Shown one piece after another: positions 33,039 through 46,431 of a stretch of 64,000 nucleotides of DNA; the stretch's first letter is position 1; each line of letters begins with the position of its first letter. The notes below the pieces were generated by a model, which had not been told where the DNA came from, did not search any database, and saw nothing but the letters and a program-made list of their open reading frames with translations. Source of the DNA: Longimicrobiales bacterium. Lineage in GTDB: Bacteria; Gemmatimonadota; Gemmatimonadetes; Longimicrobiales; Gaopeijiaceae. The stretch is taken from positions 352,001 to 416,000 of the forward strand of contig CAXXKM010000001.1 of the NCBI GenBank assembly GCA_963664435.2. Reading direction: 5' to 3'. A program made the translations under genes and the position numbers.

Positions 33039-34580
33039 ATGTTCGATCCCCTGAAAACCAAGATGAAGGTTCTCTTCTACGTCGCCCTCGCGTTCCTGGT
33101 CGGCGTGGGCGTCGCCTCGGGGCTGGGATGGACCGAGGACGCGGTCGCGACCCCCGCGATCTCGGCAGCTCCCCAGGTCCCCGCCGAGGCGGTTCAGCCG
33201 GCGCGCGACCTGAGCGAGTCGTTCGTTCGGGTAGCCGAGGTGGTCACCCCCGCGGTGGTGAGCATTACCACCCGCCGCATGGCGCGAGCCACAGCCAACG
33301 ACCCGTTCCGCAACTGGTTCGGCACGCCGGACCCGGAGCCTCGTGGCGGAAGCGGCAGCGGGTTCCTGGTCTCCAGCGACGGCTACATCCTGACCAACAA
33401 CCACGTGGTCGAGGACGCCGACGCCATCACGGTCCAGCTGGAGGATCGGCGCACCTACGAGGCGACCGTAGTCGGGGGTGATCCCACCACCGACGTCGCG
33501 GTGATCAAGGTGGAGGGTAGCGACCTGCCCACCGTCAGCCTGGGCGACTCCGACGGAGTGCGCGTGGGCGAGTGGGTGCTGGCGGTGGGCAACCCCGGCT
33601 TTCGGTCGGGCGGAGGACCGGGCGGGGCGACTTCCTTCAACCACACGGTGACGGCGGGTATCGTCAGCTTCAAGGGTCGGCCGCTGGGCATCATCGGCAA
33701 CGAGCTGCGCAGCGACCCCGAGTCCGAGGCGGCCGCCCAGTACGCGATCGAGGACTTCATCCAGACCGACGCGGTCATCAATCCCGGAAACTCCGGGGGG
33801 CCCATGGTCAACCTCGATGGGCAGGTGATCGGCATCAATTCCGCGATCGCCAGCCAGTCCGGCTATTTCCAGGGATACGGCTTCGCGATTCCGATCAGCC
33901 TTGCCCGCAGGGTGATGGAGGATCTGATCGAGTACCGCGCGGTGCGGCGCGCCTTCCTGGGCGTGCAGATCGGGCCGGTGGGGCCCGAGGACGCCGAAGT
34001 CTACCGGCTGCCCGAGGTGAGCGGCGCGCTGGTTCAGGACATCACGGAGGGCACGGCGGCCGAGGACGCGGGGCTGCAGCCGCAGGACGTGATCGTCGCA
34101 ATCGACGGCGACCCCGTCGACTACTCGAACCAGCTGCAGCAGCTGGTGGCGCGCAAGCGGCCGGGAGACCGGGTGCGCATCGCGTACTACCGCGACGGCG
34201 AGCGGCAGGAAACCGAGGTCCGGCTGGGTGAGTCTCCGCTGAACGAGACCACCACCGCCGCGGCGCCCGAGCGCACGACGCGAGCCGAGGAGAGGCTGGG
34301 CATCGAGGTCGTGGACAACAGCCCGGAGCTGGCCCGGCGCTATCAGTTCCGCATCGACGAGGGCGTGCTCATCAGCGGCGTCACCCGCATGGGTCCCGCT
34401 GAGCAGCGAGGCGTCCGGGCCGGCGACCTGCTTGTAGGCATCGACCGGCGGCAGGTGGAATCCGCGGATGAAGTCACGGAACTCCTGGCCGAAGTGGAGC
34501 CCGGGGAAATCGTCACGCTGGTCCTGGCCAACCCGGTCACCGGCAGGCAGCGCTTCACCAACATCCGCATGCCGGAGTGA
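33039..34580 (+). CDS. degP: HtrA/DegP-DegQ serine protease with two PDZ domains
   Basis: GSGF, TNNHVV, DVAVIKV, QTDAVINPGNSGGP, two PDZ domains; AAGGAGG SD. Confidence 0.92.
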   Translation: MFDPLKTKMKVLFYVALAFLVGVGVASGLGWTEDAVATPAISAAPQVPAEAVQPARDLSESFVRVAEVVTPAVVSITTRRMARATANDPFRNWFGTPDPEPRGGSGSGFLVSSDGYILTNNHVVEDADAITVQLEDRRTYEATVVGGDPTTDVAVIKVEGSDLPTVSLGDSDGVRVGEWVLAVGNPGFRSGGGPGGATSFNHTVTAGIVSFKGRPLGIIGNELRSDPESEAAAQYAIEDFIQTDAVINPGNSGGPMVNLDGQVIGINSAIASQSGYFQGYGFAIPISLARRVMEDLIEYRAVRRAFLGVQIGPVGPEDAEVYRLPEVSGALVQDITEGTAAEDAGLQPQDVIVAIDGDPVDYSNQLQQLVARKRPGDRVRIAYYRDGERQETEVRLGESPLNETTTAAAPERTTRAEERLGIEVVDNSPELARRYQFRIDEGVLISGVTRMGPAEQRGVRAGDLLVGIDRRQVESADEVTELLAEVEPGEIVTLVLANPVTGRQRFTNIRMPE

Positions 34581-34606
34581 CTCTTCCGGCGGAGAGGGGG
34601 CTGCGG

Positions 34607-34650
34607 GGACGGGCGGCGGAAGCGGTCGGGAACCGCTTTCCCGCCCGTCC
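34607..34650 (+). terminator. Strong GC hairpin after degP
   Basis: GGACGGGCGG/CCGCCCGTCC outer stem and GAAGCGGT/ACCGCTTT inner stem; no clear U-tract. Confidence 0.45.
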
Positions 34651-34769
34651 GGCACCTGGCTTCCTCCCGTCTCTGTTGTAGTCCCACCGGCCGCTCGCTT
34701 ATCTTTTTGAGTTTGTGCCATGCTCCGGGGATGTTGCGGAGGGGAGCTCCGCCCGGACCCGGGTGCCGC

Positions 34770-34852
34770 GCGAAAGTGGCGGAATTGGTAGACGCGCGGG
34801 ATTTAGGATCCCGTGGCCCCGGGCCGTGGGGGTTCGAGTCCCCCCTTTCGCA
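34770..34852 (+). tRNA. tRNA-Leu(TAG)
   Basis: Acceptor GCGAAAG/CTTTCGC+A, D-arm TGGCGGAATTGGTAGACGC, anticodon loop TT-TAG-GA, long variable arm, GGTTCGAGTCC T-arm; CCA not encoded. Confidence 0.95.
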
Positions 34853-34873
34853 TCTCCTCCCGACCGGAGTCAC

Positions 34874-36187
34874 ATGCCGCTCGAAGCGGACCCCCCTGAA
34901 CCAGCCATGACGAGCCTCGAACCGTTGACCATCGACCCGAAGCAGCTGCGCGTATCCGTGACCGAGGGCGAACGCTGGCGCCGCGAGCTCGCCATCACCG
35001 TTCCCGCCGACATCGTCGGCCGCGAACGCGCGCGCATCATGGGCGGCCTTTCCGGGCGCGTGCGCATTGCGGGCTTCCGCAAGGGCAGGATCCCGGCGAG
35101 GGTGCTCGAGCAGCGCTACGGGGCGGCCGTCGAGCAGGAGACGCTGGAGAAGCTCCTGAACGAAGCAACCCGGGCGGCCATCCGGAGCGAGCAGCTGCGG
35201 CCCATCAGCGATCCCGAAGTGGGCGCGGTGCGGAGCGAACCGGGCGCGGATCTCTTCTTCGAGATCTCGTTCGATGTCGAGCCCCGGATCGAGATCGAGC
35301 GCAGCGGCGGGTTCGTGGTGGAGATGCCGGCGGTCGCCGTCGGCGACGCGGACATCGACGCGGTCCTGCTCCGCCTGCGCCAGCAGAATGGCGCCTGGCG
35401 GCCGCTGGAGGATGGATTCCCGGAAGCGGGCAACGCGGTCTCGGTGAGCATCCTGCAGCTCGAACAGGAGGACGCCGAGGCCAGGGACTACGAGTTCATA
35501 CTGGGCGAGGGAGACGCGATTCCGGATGTGGAACGCGCCATCGAGCAGCTGGAAGTGGGAACGGAGGGCGACTTCGTGATCCAGTTCCCCGACGACTTCC
35601 CCAACGAGGAGCGGAGGGGCGAAGAGGAGCACCTGCGCATCCGGCTGGTCAGCCGCAAGGTTCTCGATCTCCCGGAACTGGACGACGACTTCGCCAGCAG
35701 CCTGGACTTCGACAGCCTTGGTGATCTCGAGGACAAGGTACGGGCGGACCTGGAGCAGAACGCCTCGGGCCAGGCCGAACAGGTGGTGCGGGCGCGCCTG
35801 ATGGAGTTCGTGCTGGAGGCGAACGCCTTCGACGCGCCCGGCTCGATGGTCGACCGGTACCTGGAGGCGGTGGCGCGAGACGGGCCGGAGGACGCGCCTC
35901 CCGAAAAGGTGGAGGAGATGAAGGCCGCCGTCCGTCCGCAGGCGGAGAGAGCGGTTCGCACCATGCTGGCGGTGGAGAGCCTGGCCCGGGCGAACGACCT
36001 GGTCGCCACGCCGCTGGAGGTGTCGGAGCGCATCGACGAGATCGCGCGCAGGAACGGTGTGAAGCCGGAAACCGTGGAGGCCCAGCTGCGCAGAAACGGG
36101 CGCATGGACTCGCTGGAGCGCGAGATGACCGAAGCGAAGGTGTTCGAATTCCTGAAGCAGCAGTCCGAGATCATCCAGGCCGGCTGA
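34874..36187 (+). CDS. tig: Trigger factor
   Basis: GFRKGRIP ribosome-binding signature, FKBP-like FPDDF, LPELDDDFA; tRNA-Leu-tig-clpP-clpX order. Confidence 0.92.
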   Translation: MPLEADPPEPAMTSLEPLTIDPKQLRVSVTEGERWRRELAITVPADIVGRERARIMGGLSGRVRIAGFRKGRIPARVLEQRYGAAVEQETLEKLLNEATRAAIRSEQLRPISDPEVGAVRSEPGADLFFEISFDVEPRIEIERSGGFVVEMPAVAVGDADIDAVLLRLRQQNGAWRPLEDGFPEAGNAVSVSILQLEQEDAEARDYEFILGEGDAIPDVERAIEQLEVGTEGDFVIQFPDDFPNEERRGEEEHLRIRLVSRKVLDLPELDDDFASSLDFDSLGDLEDKVRADLEQNASGQAEQVVRARLMEFVLEANAFDAPGSMVDRYLEAVARDGPEDAPPEKVEEMKAAVRPQAERAVRTMLAVESLARANDLVATPLEVSERIDEIARRNGVKPETVEAQLRRNGRMDSLEREMTEAKVFEFLKQQSEIIQAG

Positions 36188-36214
36188 GCCGGACCAACGG
36201 AGAACGAGAACCCG

Positions 36215-36835
36215 ATGCCTATTTTTCCCCCGTACGTCATCGAACGGACGAGCCGCGGAGAACGAAGCTACGACATCTTCAGCCGCCTGCTGATGGACCG
36301 CATCGTCTTCCTGGGCTCGCACATCGACGACAACGTGGCCAATGTCATCCTCGCTCAGCTTCTCTTTCTGGACGCGGAGGATCCCGAGCGGGACATTTAT
36401 CTGTATATCAACTCGCCGGGCGGAAGCGTCTATGCCGGGCTGGCCATCTTCGACACCATGCAGCACCTGAGGGCGCCGGTCTCCACCTACTGCGTGGGCA
36501 TGGCGGCTTCGATGGCCGCGATCCTGGTGGCCTCGGGAGCACCCGGCAAGCGGAGCGCCCTGCCCAACTCGCGCATCATGATCCACCAGCCGTCCACGGG
36601 GGCGCAGGGCACGGCAGCCGACATCGAGATCGCCGCCCGCGAGGTGCTGGACATCCGCGAGCGGCTCAACGGGATCCTTGCGGACTGCACCGGGCAGTCG
36701 GTCGACAAGATCGCGCAGGACGTGGACCGCGACCGCTTCATGAGCCCCGACGAGGCGCGCGACTACGGCCTGATCGACCGGGTGCTGGTGGGACGTGAAG
36801 AGGAAGCCGCGAGGGGCGTGCGCCTTGAGGAATAG
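36215..36835 (+). CDS. clpP: Clp protease proteolytic subunit
   Basis: [28 protein letters not shown]. Confidence 0.97.
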   Translation: MPIFPPYVIERTSRGERSYDIFSRLLMDRIVFLGSHIDDNVANVILAQLLFLDAEDPERDIYLYINSPGGSVYAGLAIFDTMQHLRAPVSTYCVGMAASMAAILVASGAPGKRSALPNSRIMIHQPSTGAQGTAADIEIAAREVLDIRERLNGILADCTGQSVDKIAQDVDRDRFMSPDEARDYGLIDRVLVGREEEAARGVRLEE

Positions 36836-36878
36836 AGAGACAGCCGGATCCTGAACACCCGCATCGCGGAGCAGACCC

Positions 36879-38132
<1,254 letters not shown>

Positions 38133-38151
38133 GCGCGCGGGACGGGCGCCG

Positions 38152-38169
38152 GCGGGACGCGCGTCCCGC
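38152..38169. repeat. Perfect 18-bp palindrome after clpX
   Basis: GCGGGACGC|GCGTCCCGC. Confidence 0.7.
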
Positions 38170-38220
38170 GTCTTCGCGTCCGGGCGCGGGGGCGGCGGGC
38201 GGTCCAGGCCGCGAGAACCC

Positions 38221-38844
38221 ATGATCATTCGCAGCGTCGAGTTTGCGGGCAGCCACGTCGATCCCCGCGTGTCGGTCGCGCCCGAACTTCCCCACGTCGC
38301 CTTCTGGGGCCGTTCCAACGTGGGCAAGTCATCGCTCATCAACGTCCTGCTGCGGCGCACCCGCAAGAAGGTGGCGCGCGTGTCGGCGCGCCCGGGAAAG
38401 ACCCAGACCCTCAACTTCTACATCGTCAACCGCCGCTTCGTGCTGGTGGACCTGCCGGGATTCGGCTACGCCAAGGTCCCGCGCACCCTGCGCGAGAGCT
38501 GGCACCGGCTGGTGCGCCGGTATTTGAGGCGGAGCCGCGAGCTTGCCGGGGTGGTGCTCCTGGTCGACGCCCGCCGCGATCCCTCCCCCGGCGATCTGGC
38601 CGCCGTCGAGCTCCTGGCTGAGGTCGGCTTGCCCGCCCTGATCGTAGTCACCAAGATCGACAAGACGGGAAAGGGCGCGCGGGAGAAGCGGATCGCGCGG
38701 TTGCGCGAACGGCTCGCGGTGTCGGGGGACCAGTTGCTGGTGTCTTCGGCGCGCACCGGCGAGGGCCGGGAGGAGCTCCTCGGAGCGATCGCGGATCTGC
38801 TGGCAGCCGAGGGTGAGGGCACGGGAGGCTCGGACGGCCATTGA
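38221..38844 (+). CDS. engB: Ribosome-biogenesis GTPase YihA/YsxC
   Basis: GRSNVGKSS, PGKT, DLPGFGYA, TKID. Confidence 0.94.
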   Translation: MIIRSVEFAGSHVDPRVSVAPELPHVAFWGRSNVGKSSLINVLLRRTRKKVARVSARPGKTQTLNFYIVNRRFVLVDLPGFGYAKVPRTLRESWHRLVRRYLRRSRELAGVVLLVDARRDPSPGDLAAVELLAEVGLPALIVVTKIDKTGKGAREKRIARLRERLAVSGDQLLVSSARTGEGREELLGAIADLLAAEGEGTGGSDGH

Positions 38845-38867
38845 GGCTCAGGCCAGGAGGACAATCC

Positions 38868-39479
38868 ATGCGCGACCAGACGCTGGCAACCCGTGTCTTG
38901 CGGCGGATACCCGCGCTGGCGTGCCTTGCCGTGTTCGCGGCGCCGGCCGTCGCGCAGGAGGTCGAGGATGAGGATCTGGTTCCGGCCGGGTTCGGGACCC
39001 TCCTGCAGGACGAAGTCTCGCTTTCGCTTCGCTCCGAGGACCTGCTGATCAAGGCTACTCCGCTCGCCGAGGAGGTGACGCGCCTGACCGCCCCCGACAC
39101 CTACGCCCGCCTTTCGGCGTTGGCCGGGGTTCATCGCGAGACGCTCGAATTCCAGACCCGGTCGACCGACCCCGTGCTCTTCCTGGTCTCGGTGTTCAGC
39201 TACCAGCCCGACGTCACCTACCAGCCCGAGGACATCAACATCGTCAACCAGGGGATCCGCGAGCGGCCGCTGGCCATTCAGGCGATCACCCCGGGATGGG
39301 GCGTGCAGCGGCTGAACCAGCAGGAAACCCAGATGGCGATCTACGCCTTCAGCCCTTTCATCAACCTCGACCTCGACCTCGAGATCGAGTACAGGGACGC
39401 GCGCAACGCCGGCTGGCAGCGGATTCTGACGGTGCTGGAAGCCGAGCGCGCGAAGGTGCGGGCGCGGGCGGGGGGGTAG
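38868..39479 (+). CDS. Hypothetical exported protein
   Basis: AGGAGG SD, signal peptide (AVA|QEV), coding-like codon usage; no recognisable domain. Confidence 0.75.
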   Translation: MRDQTLATRVLRRIPALACLAVFAAPAVAQEVEDEDLVPAGFGTLLQDEVSLSLRSEDLLIKATPLAEEVTRLTAPDTYARLSALAGVHRETLEFQTRSTDPVLFLVSVFSYQPDVTYQPEDINIVNQGIRERPLAIQAITPGWGVQRLNQQETQMAIYAFSPFINLDLDLEIEYRDARNAGWQRILTVLEAERAKVRARAGG

Positions 39480-39542
39480 TCGCTCACGGACGGACGAGAG
39501 GCAGAACCCGCCCCCGGGATCAGGACCCGGACGGACCGGGCG

Positions 39543-41347
<1,805 letters not shown>

Positions 41348-41351
<4 letters not shown>

Positions 41352-41881
41352 GGGGCTGCGGGGGTGCGGAGGGCGTGTGATCTGGAGGTGCCGCGCGAGA
41401 GCTCGACGGCGTGGTCGAGGACGGGATCGAGGACTTCGAGCCCGTCGCGCACGCCCCCGGTGCTGCCGGGGAAGTTGACGATCACCGTACCCCCCCGGAA
41501 GCCGGCCACGCCCCGCGACAGGTTGGAGTAGGGAGTCTTGAGCGCGCCCCGCGCCCGGAGCGCCTCGGCGAGGCCCGGAGCCTCTCCGTCGAGCACCGCG
41601 CAGGTGGCCTCGGGGGTTACGTCGCGGGCGGTGAAGCCGGTGCCCCCGGTGGTGAGGATCACGTCCGCGTCCAGGCGGTCGGACCAGTCGAGGAGAACCG
41701 GCACGATGGCCGCGGTCTCGTCCGGGACGACCGTACGCGCGACCACGTCGTACCCGCGCGCCCGGCACCACGACTCGATGGCGTCCCCGCTGGTGTCCGC
41801 GCGCTCGCCCCGGGAGGAGAGGTCGCTGGCGGTCAGGATGGCCACGGTCACGGGGCGGGGAGTTGTCGGGTCGCGGGTCAC
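41348..41881 (-). CDS. mog: MogA/MoaB molybdopterin adenylyltransferase family
   Basis: LTASD, DTSG, VPDE, TTGGTGFTARDVTPEAT, SRGVAG, NFPGS. Confidence 0.9.
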
Positions 41882-41900
41882 CTCTCGGGCCTCCGTTTCG

Positions 41901-43010
41901 TCAGCGCCGGATCGAGCCGTGCCGGTAGAACGGGGGGCGGGCCACCACGGCGGGGATGTCCACCCGGCGGATGCGCACGGCCACCTGCGTGCCCGGGGCG
42001 GTGAGGGGGGTGGGGAGGTAGCCCATCGCGATCCCCTCCCCCAGCGACGGGCTCACCGTTCCGCTGGTGAGGATTCCCGCGACCTCGCCTTGCGCCACGA
42101 TCTCGTACCCGGGCCGCGGGAAGCCGCGTTCCACCAGACGCAGCCCGACGAGGCGGCGCGGGATTCCCTCGGCCTTCTGGCGCACCAGTGCGTCGCGGCC
42201 CGAGAAGTCCCCCTTCCCCGGCTTCACCACCCAGCCAAGCCCGGACTCGAGCGCGCTGTGCTCCTCGTCCAGATCGTTCCCGTAGAGGGCGTAGCCCATC
42301 TCGAGCCGCAGGGAATCCCGGGCGCCCAACCCCGCGGGCTCCAGGCCATCGGCGGCCCCGGCCTCGAGCAGCGCGCGCCAGACGCCCGCCGCGTCGCCGG
42401 CGTGCAGATACAGTTCGAAGCCGTCCTCGCCGGTATAGCCCGTGCGCGCCACCATCGCCGGCACGCCGGCGACATCGCCGGTGGTGAAGCGGTAGTAGCC
42501 CACCGCCTCCAGGTCCGCGCCGGTGAGACCGGCGAGGATGCCTGCGGCCGAAGGCCCCTGCAGCGCCAGCAGCGCCGTGCGGTCGGAAACGTCGTCTATC
42601 GCGCAGTCGAAGCGGGACGCATGGCGTGACACCCACGCCCAGTCCTTGTCGCGGTTGGCCGCGTTGACCACCAGCAGATAGCGGTCGTCGAAGCGATAGA
42701 CCAGCAGGTCGTCCAACACGCACCCGTTTTCGTCGCAGAGGGCGGAGTACTGCGCCTGTCCCACCTCCATGCGGCCGGCGTCGTTGGTGGTCAGCCACTG
42801 CACCAGCTCGAGGGCCCCGGCGCCGCTCACCTCGAATTCGCCCATGTGCGAGACATCGAAGAGACCCGCGCGCTCGCGCACGGCGTTGTGTTCCGCGCGG
42901 ATGCCCCGGCTGTACTGCACCGGCATCTCGTATCCCGCGAACGGAACCATCCTGCCGCCGGCCCGCAGGTGCTCCTCATGGAGCGGCGTGCGCGCGAGCC
43001 CGGCGCTCAT
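41901..43010 (-). CDS. gcvT: Glycine cleavage system aminomethyltransferase
   Basis: FAGYEMPVQY, FDVSHMGE, VVNAAN, RTGYTGEDGFE, GLGARDSLRLE. Confidence 0.96.
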   Translation of the reverse strand: MSAGLARTPLHEEHLRAGGRMVPFAGYEMPVQYSRGIRAEHNAVRERAGLFDVSHMGEFEVSGAGALELVQWLTTNDAGRMEVGQAQYSALCDENGCVLDDLLVYRFDDRYLLVVNAANRDKDWAWVSRHASRFDCAIDDVSDRTALLALQGPSAAGILAGLTGADLEAVGYYRFTTGDVAGVPAMVARTGYTGEDGFELYLHAGDAAGVWRALLEAGAADGLEPAGLGARDSLRLEMGYALYGNDLDEEHSALESGLGWVVKPGKGDFSGRDALVRQKAEGIPRRLVGLRLVERGFPRPGYEIVAQGEVAGILTSGTVSPSLGEGIAMGYLPTPLTAPGTQVAVRIRRVDIPAVVARPPFYRHGSIRR

Positions 43011-43061
43011 GGGGTTCCTCCGCCGGTGATGGTCCCCCGCCCCTCGTCAAAGACTCCCGCC

Positions 43062-43111
43062 CCGGTCATTGGCTTCCAGCTCCGGTCATTGGCTTCCCTG
43101 CTCCGGTCATT
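43062..43111. repeat. 20/21-nt tandem repeat spanning the argF stop codon
   Basis: CCGGTCATTGGCTTCC at 43062 and 43082, CCGGTCATT at 43103. Confidence 0.8.
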
Positions 43112-44033
43112 CATCATCATCTTCTCCCAGGAGCGCGATCAGAAGCGCCTTCTGGGTGTGCAGCCGGTTCTCGGCCTCCCGGAAAACGCGCGAACGGGGG
43201 CCTTCGAGGACGGCCTCCGCGACCTCCTCACCGCGGTGCGCGGGAAGGCAATGCAGGAAGATCGCCCGTCTGGAGGCCCGCGCCATAAGCGCGTCGTCCA
43301 CGGAATAGCCTGAAAAGGCGTCGCGGCGGGCATCCGCTTCGCCCTCCTGCCCCATCGAAGCCCACACGTCGGTGCTGACCACATCCGCGCCCTCCGCGGC
43401 CTCATGCGGCGACCGGGTGAGGCGCACGGATGCGGCCCCGCGGGCGCGCGCCACAATCTCGGGGTCCGGATCGAAGCCCGGGGGACAGGCCAGCGCCAGC
43501 TCGAAGCCGAGAATGGACGCGGCGTTCAGCCAGGAGTTGGCCATGTTGTTGCCGTCGCCGATCCAGGCGACCCGAATCCCGTCGAATTCCGGCCCGAACT
43601 CCTCCTGCATGGTCATCAGATCGGCGAGCAGCTGACACGGGTGCAGGAGGTCGGTGAGGCCGTTGATGACCGGAATCGGCGCCCAGCGCGCAAGCTGCTC
43701 GACCTCCTCCTGATCGAACGTGCGGATCATGATGCCGTCCACGTAGCGCCCCAGGACGCGTGCGGTGTCGGCGAGCGGCTCGTCGCGTCCGATCTGCGTG
43801 TCCACGGCGGAGAGGAAGAGCGCCTGCCCGCCCAGCTGGACCATGCCCACCTCGAACGCCACCCGGGTGCGCGTCGAGTTCTTTCGGAAGACCATCGCCA
43901 GGGATTTGCCCCGCAGCGGCGCGCCTGCGCCCCCTCCCGCCTTCAGGCGCCGGGCGTGCTCGAGCAACGACATCAACTCGTCGCGGGAGAGATCGTTGAG
44001 CGAAAGAAAGTCCTTCTTGCGGGCTCGGATCAT
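43107..44033 (-). CDS. argF: Ornithine carbamoyltransferase
   Basis: STRT, HPCQ, GDGNN, DVWASMG, HCLP, AENRLH. Start uncertain (44033 or 44123). Confidence 0.94.
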   Translation of the reverse strand: MIRARKKDFLSLNDLSRDELMSLLEHARRLKAGGGAGAPLRGKSLAMVFRKNSTRTRVAFEVGMVQLGGQALFLSAVDTQIGRDEPLADTARVLGRYVDGIMIRTFDQEEVEQLARWAPIPVINGLTDLLHPCQLLADLMTMQEEFGPEFDGIRVAWIGDGNNMANSWLNAASILGFELALACPPGFDPDPEIVARARGAASVRLTRSPHEAAEGADVVSTDVWASMGQEGEADARRDAFSGYSVDDALMARASRRAIFLHCLPAHRGEEVAEAVLEGPRSRVFREAENRLHTQKALLIALLGEDDDE

Positions 44034-44166
44034 GGGTTCGGGGAAGGCGATCTTCCGGTCGGCGGCGGGGTGAAGGGTGGCTGCCCGAGTCTGGGCGACG
44101 ACCCCGCAGGGGTCGTTGACCATAGTATCATCGCGCAGGGCGTCATAGTATCACCGAGCGCATGGC

Positions 44167-45678
44167 CTACAGAATATAGCGGCGCAGGTCCTCGTCCTCG
44201 GCGATCTCCTCCAGGTGCGTGCGCACGAACTCGCGGTCGACGATGAGCGGGCGCTCCATCTTCTCGCTGGGCAGCTCGAAGAGCACCTCCTCCAACAGCG
44301 TCGTCATCACGGTCTGCAGGCGCCGGGCGCCGATATTCTCCATCCGCTCGTTCAGGCGCGCCGCGATGCGCGCGATCTCCTCGACGCCGCCGGGGGTGAA
44401 CTCGGCCCGCGCGCCCTCGGTTTCGATGAGCGCCTGGTACTGCACCAGCAGGGCGTTTCTCGGCTCCTGCAGGATGCGCTTGAAGTGCCCTTCGTCGAGG
44501 CTGTGCAGCTCCACGCGGATGGGAAAGCGGCCCTGGAGCTCGGGAATCAGGTCGCTGGGCTTGGAGACGTGGAAGGCGCCGGCAGCGATGAAGAGAACGT
44601 GGTCGGTGCGCACCAGCCCGTACTTGGTCTGGACGTTACACCCCTCCACCACCGGCAGCAGGTCGCGCTGGACCCCTCCCCGGCTGACATCGGGGCCGTA
44701 CCCCCCGCGGTCGCCCGCGATCTTGTCGATCTCATCGAGGAAGATCATCCCCATGTCTTCCGCCCGGATCAGCGCCTCGTTCACGACCTCGTCCATGTCC
44801 ACGAGCCGGTCCAGTTCGTCCTGGATGAGAATGCGGCGCGCTTCCGCGACGGTGACGCTGCGGCGCTTGGTGCGCTTGGGCAGCATCTCCTGGAGCATCT
44901 CGGAGAAGTTGTACTCCATCCCTTCCATGCCGCCCATGGGCACCATCATGCCGTCGATGGCCGGAGCCTGGCTCACCTCCACCTCGACTTCGCGCTCCTC
45001 GAGTTCGCCGTCCCGCAGCAGGCTGCGGAGCTTCTCACGGGTGCGTTGCCGTCGCATGATCAGGCGCTCGTCCTCCTCGCTCAGCGGCTTGCCGGTGGCG
45101 TGCTCCTGTACGCCCTTGGGACCGGCCACGAAGACCTTGGGAACCCCGTCGGAGACCACCACGGGTCCCGCCGGCGGGGTGCGCCCATCCATCGGCGGAA
45201 GCAGAAGATCCAGGAGCTGTTCCTCGACCCGGCGCTCCGCCTCTTCCTGGACGCCGTCCTCCCGCTCGGCGCGCACCATGTTCACCGACGTGTCGACCAG
45301 GTCGCGGATCATCGACTCGACATCCCGCCCGACGTATCCCACTTCGGTGAACTTGGACGCCTCCACCTTGACGAAGGGCGCGCCCGTGAGCCGGGCCAGC
45401 CGGCGCGCGATCTCGGTCTTGCCGACGCCGGTGGTGCCCATGAGGATCAGATTGTTGGGCAGGATCTCGTCCCTCAGCTCGTCCTCGACGCGCTGCCGGC
45501 GCCAGCGGTTTCGCATCGCGATGGCGACGGCGCGCTTGGCCTCCTCCTGGCCCACGATGTACTTGTCCAGCTCGTTCACGATCTGGGCGGGCGTGAGCTG
45601 CTCGAGCCATTCGGGCCCCGTATCCGTCTGGGGCGCGGCTGCGGAAGGCGCCGCGGTTTCCGTCGTTGAAACAGCCAT
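44167..45678 (-). CDS. hslU: HslU ATPase subunit
   Basis: GTTGVGKTEIARRLA, KFTEVGYVGRDV, GVQRDLLP, ENIGARRL, DLRRYIL. Confidence 0.96.
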   Translation of the reverse strand: MAVSTTETAAPSAAAPQTDTGPEWLEQLTPAQIVNELDKYIVGQEEAKRAVAIAMRNRWRRQRVEDELRDEILPNNLILMGTTGVGKTEIARRLARLTGAPFVKVEASKFTEVGYVGRDVESMIRDLVDTSVNMVRAEREDGVQEEAERRVEEQLLDLLLPPMDGRTPPAGPVVVSDGVPKVFVAGPKGVQEHATGKPLSEEDERLIMRRQRTREKLRSLLRDGELEEREVEVEVSQAPAIDGMMVPMGGMEGMEYNFSEMLQEMLPKRTKRRSVTVAEARRILIQDELDRLVDMDEVVNEALIRAEDMGMIFLDEIDKIAGDRGGYGPDVSRGGVQRDLLPVVEGCNVQTKYGLVRTDHVLFIAAGAFHVSKPSDLIPELQGRFPIRVELHSLDEGHFKRILQEPRNALLVQYQALIETEGARAEFTPGGVEEIARIAARLNERMENIGARRLQTVMTTLLEEVLFELPSEKMERPLIVDREFVRTHLEEIAEDEDLRRYIL

Positions 45679-45693
45679 CAATAACCTCTCGGA

Positions 45694-46239
45694 CTAGGAC
45701 CCCAGGTCCAGAACCGTAATCTCTTCGTTGCTGTAGACGCAGATTTCGCCAGCGATCGCCAGGCTGGCGCGCACGACCTCGGAAGCGGAGAGCGAGGAAT
45801 GGGCCCGGAGTGCGCGAGCCGCGGCGAGGGCATAGGCGCCTCCCGAACCGATCGCCACAACCTCGTCGTCGGGTTCGATGACGTTGCCGTCCCCTCCGAT
45901 CAGGAACAGGTGTTCGGCGTCGGCCACCACGAGCAGGGCATCCAGACGGCGCAACGCGCGATCCGTCCGCCAGTCCTTCGCCATCTCGACGCACGCGCGC
46001 GTCAGGTTGGAGGGGAATTGCTCCAGCTTGGCCTCCAGCGTCTCGAAGAGCGTGAAGGCGTCCGCCACCGCCCCCGCGAACCCCGCGAGGAAGCGCCCGT
46101 CCTTGAGCGTGCGAACCTTCCGGGCCGCGGTCTTTACGATGGTGTCCCCCATCGTTACCTGGCCGTCGGCCCCCATGGCGACCTGACCCTCCTTGCGGAC
46201 GGCGAGCACGGTGGTGGCGTGGAAACTCTGCGTGGGCAT
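45694..46239 (-). CDS. hslV: HslV protease subunit
   Basis: Short propeptide MPTQSFHA then TTVLAV, DGQVT, GFAG, AIGSGG. Confidence 0.95.
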   Translation of the reverse strand: MPTQSFHATTVLAVRKEGQVAMGADGQVTMGDTIVKTAARKVRTLKDGRFLAGFAGAVADAFTLFETLEAKLEQFPSNLTRACVEMAKDWRTDRALRRLDALLVVADAEHLFLIGGDGNVIEPDDEVVAIGSGGAYALAAARALRAHSSLSASEVVRASLAIAGEICVYSNEEITVLDLGS

Positions 46240-46431
46240 GTGTTCTCGATCCGGGTGAAGGCGGGCCATCGCGCGTGGCCTCGCATGCGCATGGCGGGCG
46301 AGGGAAAGATGCATCCAGTGATGCAAAGAGTACACCCGGAGGGCGGGCGCCGTGCGGTCGATGGCGTGCCGGGATCCTCGCGGCGGGGCTTCGGTCGAGT
46401 CTGCGGCCTCGGCCGTCCCGGTCCCGACGGG

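Noticed and set aside
43011..43106. Glycine riboswitch upstream of gcvT, or mini-CRISPR
   Set aside because: No glycine aptamer motifs seen; repeats are adjacent without unique spacers; no cas genes.
46322..46340. Sigma54 promoter upstream of hslV (GGGTGTACTCTTTGCA on the - strand)
   Set aside because: GG-N10-GC spacing and TTGCA are present but the -24 element is a poor match and no dnaK-type boxes were seen; too weak to call.
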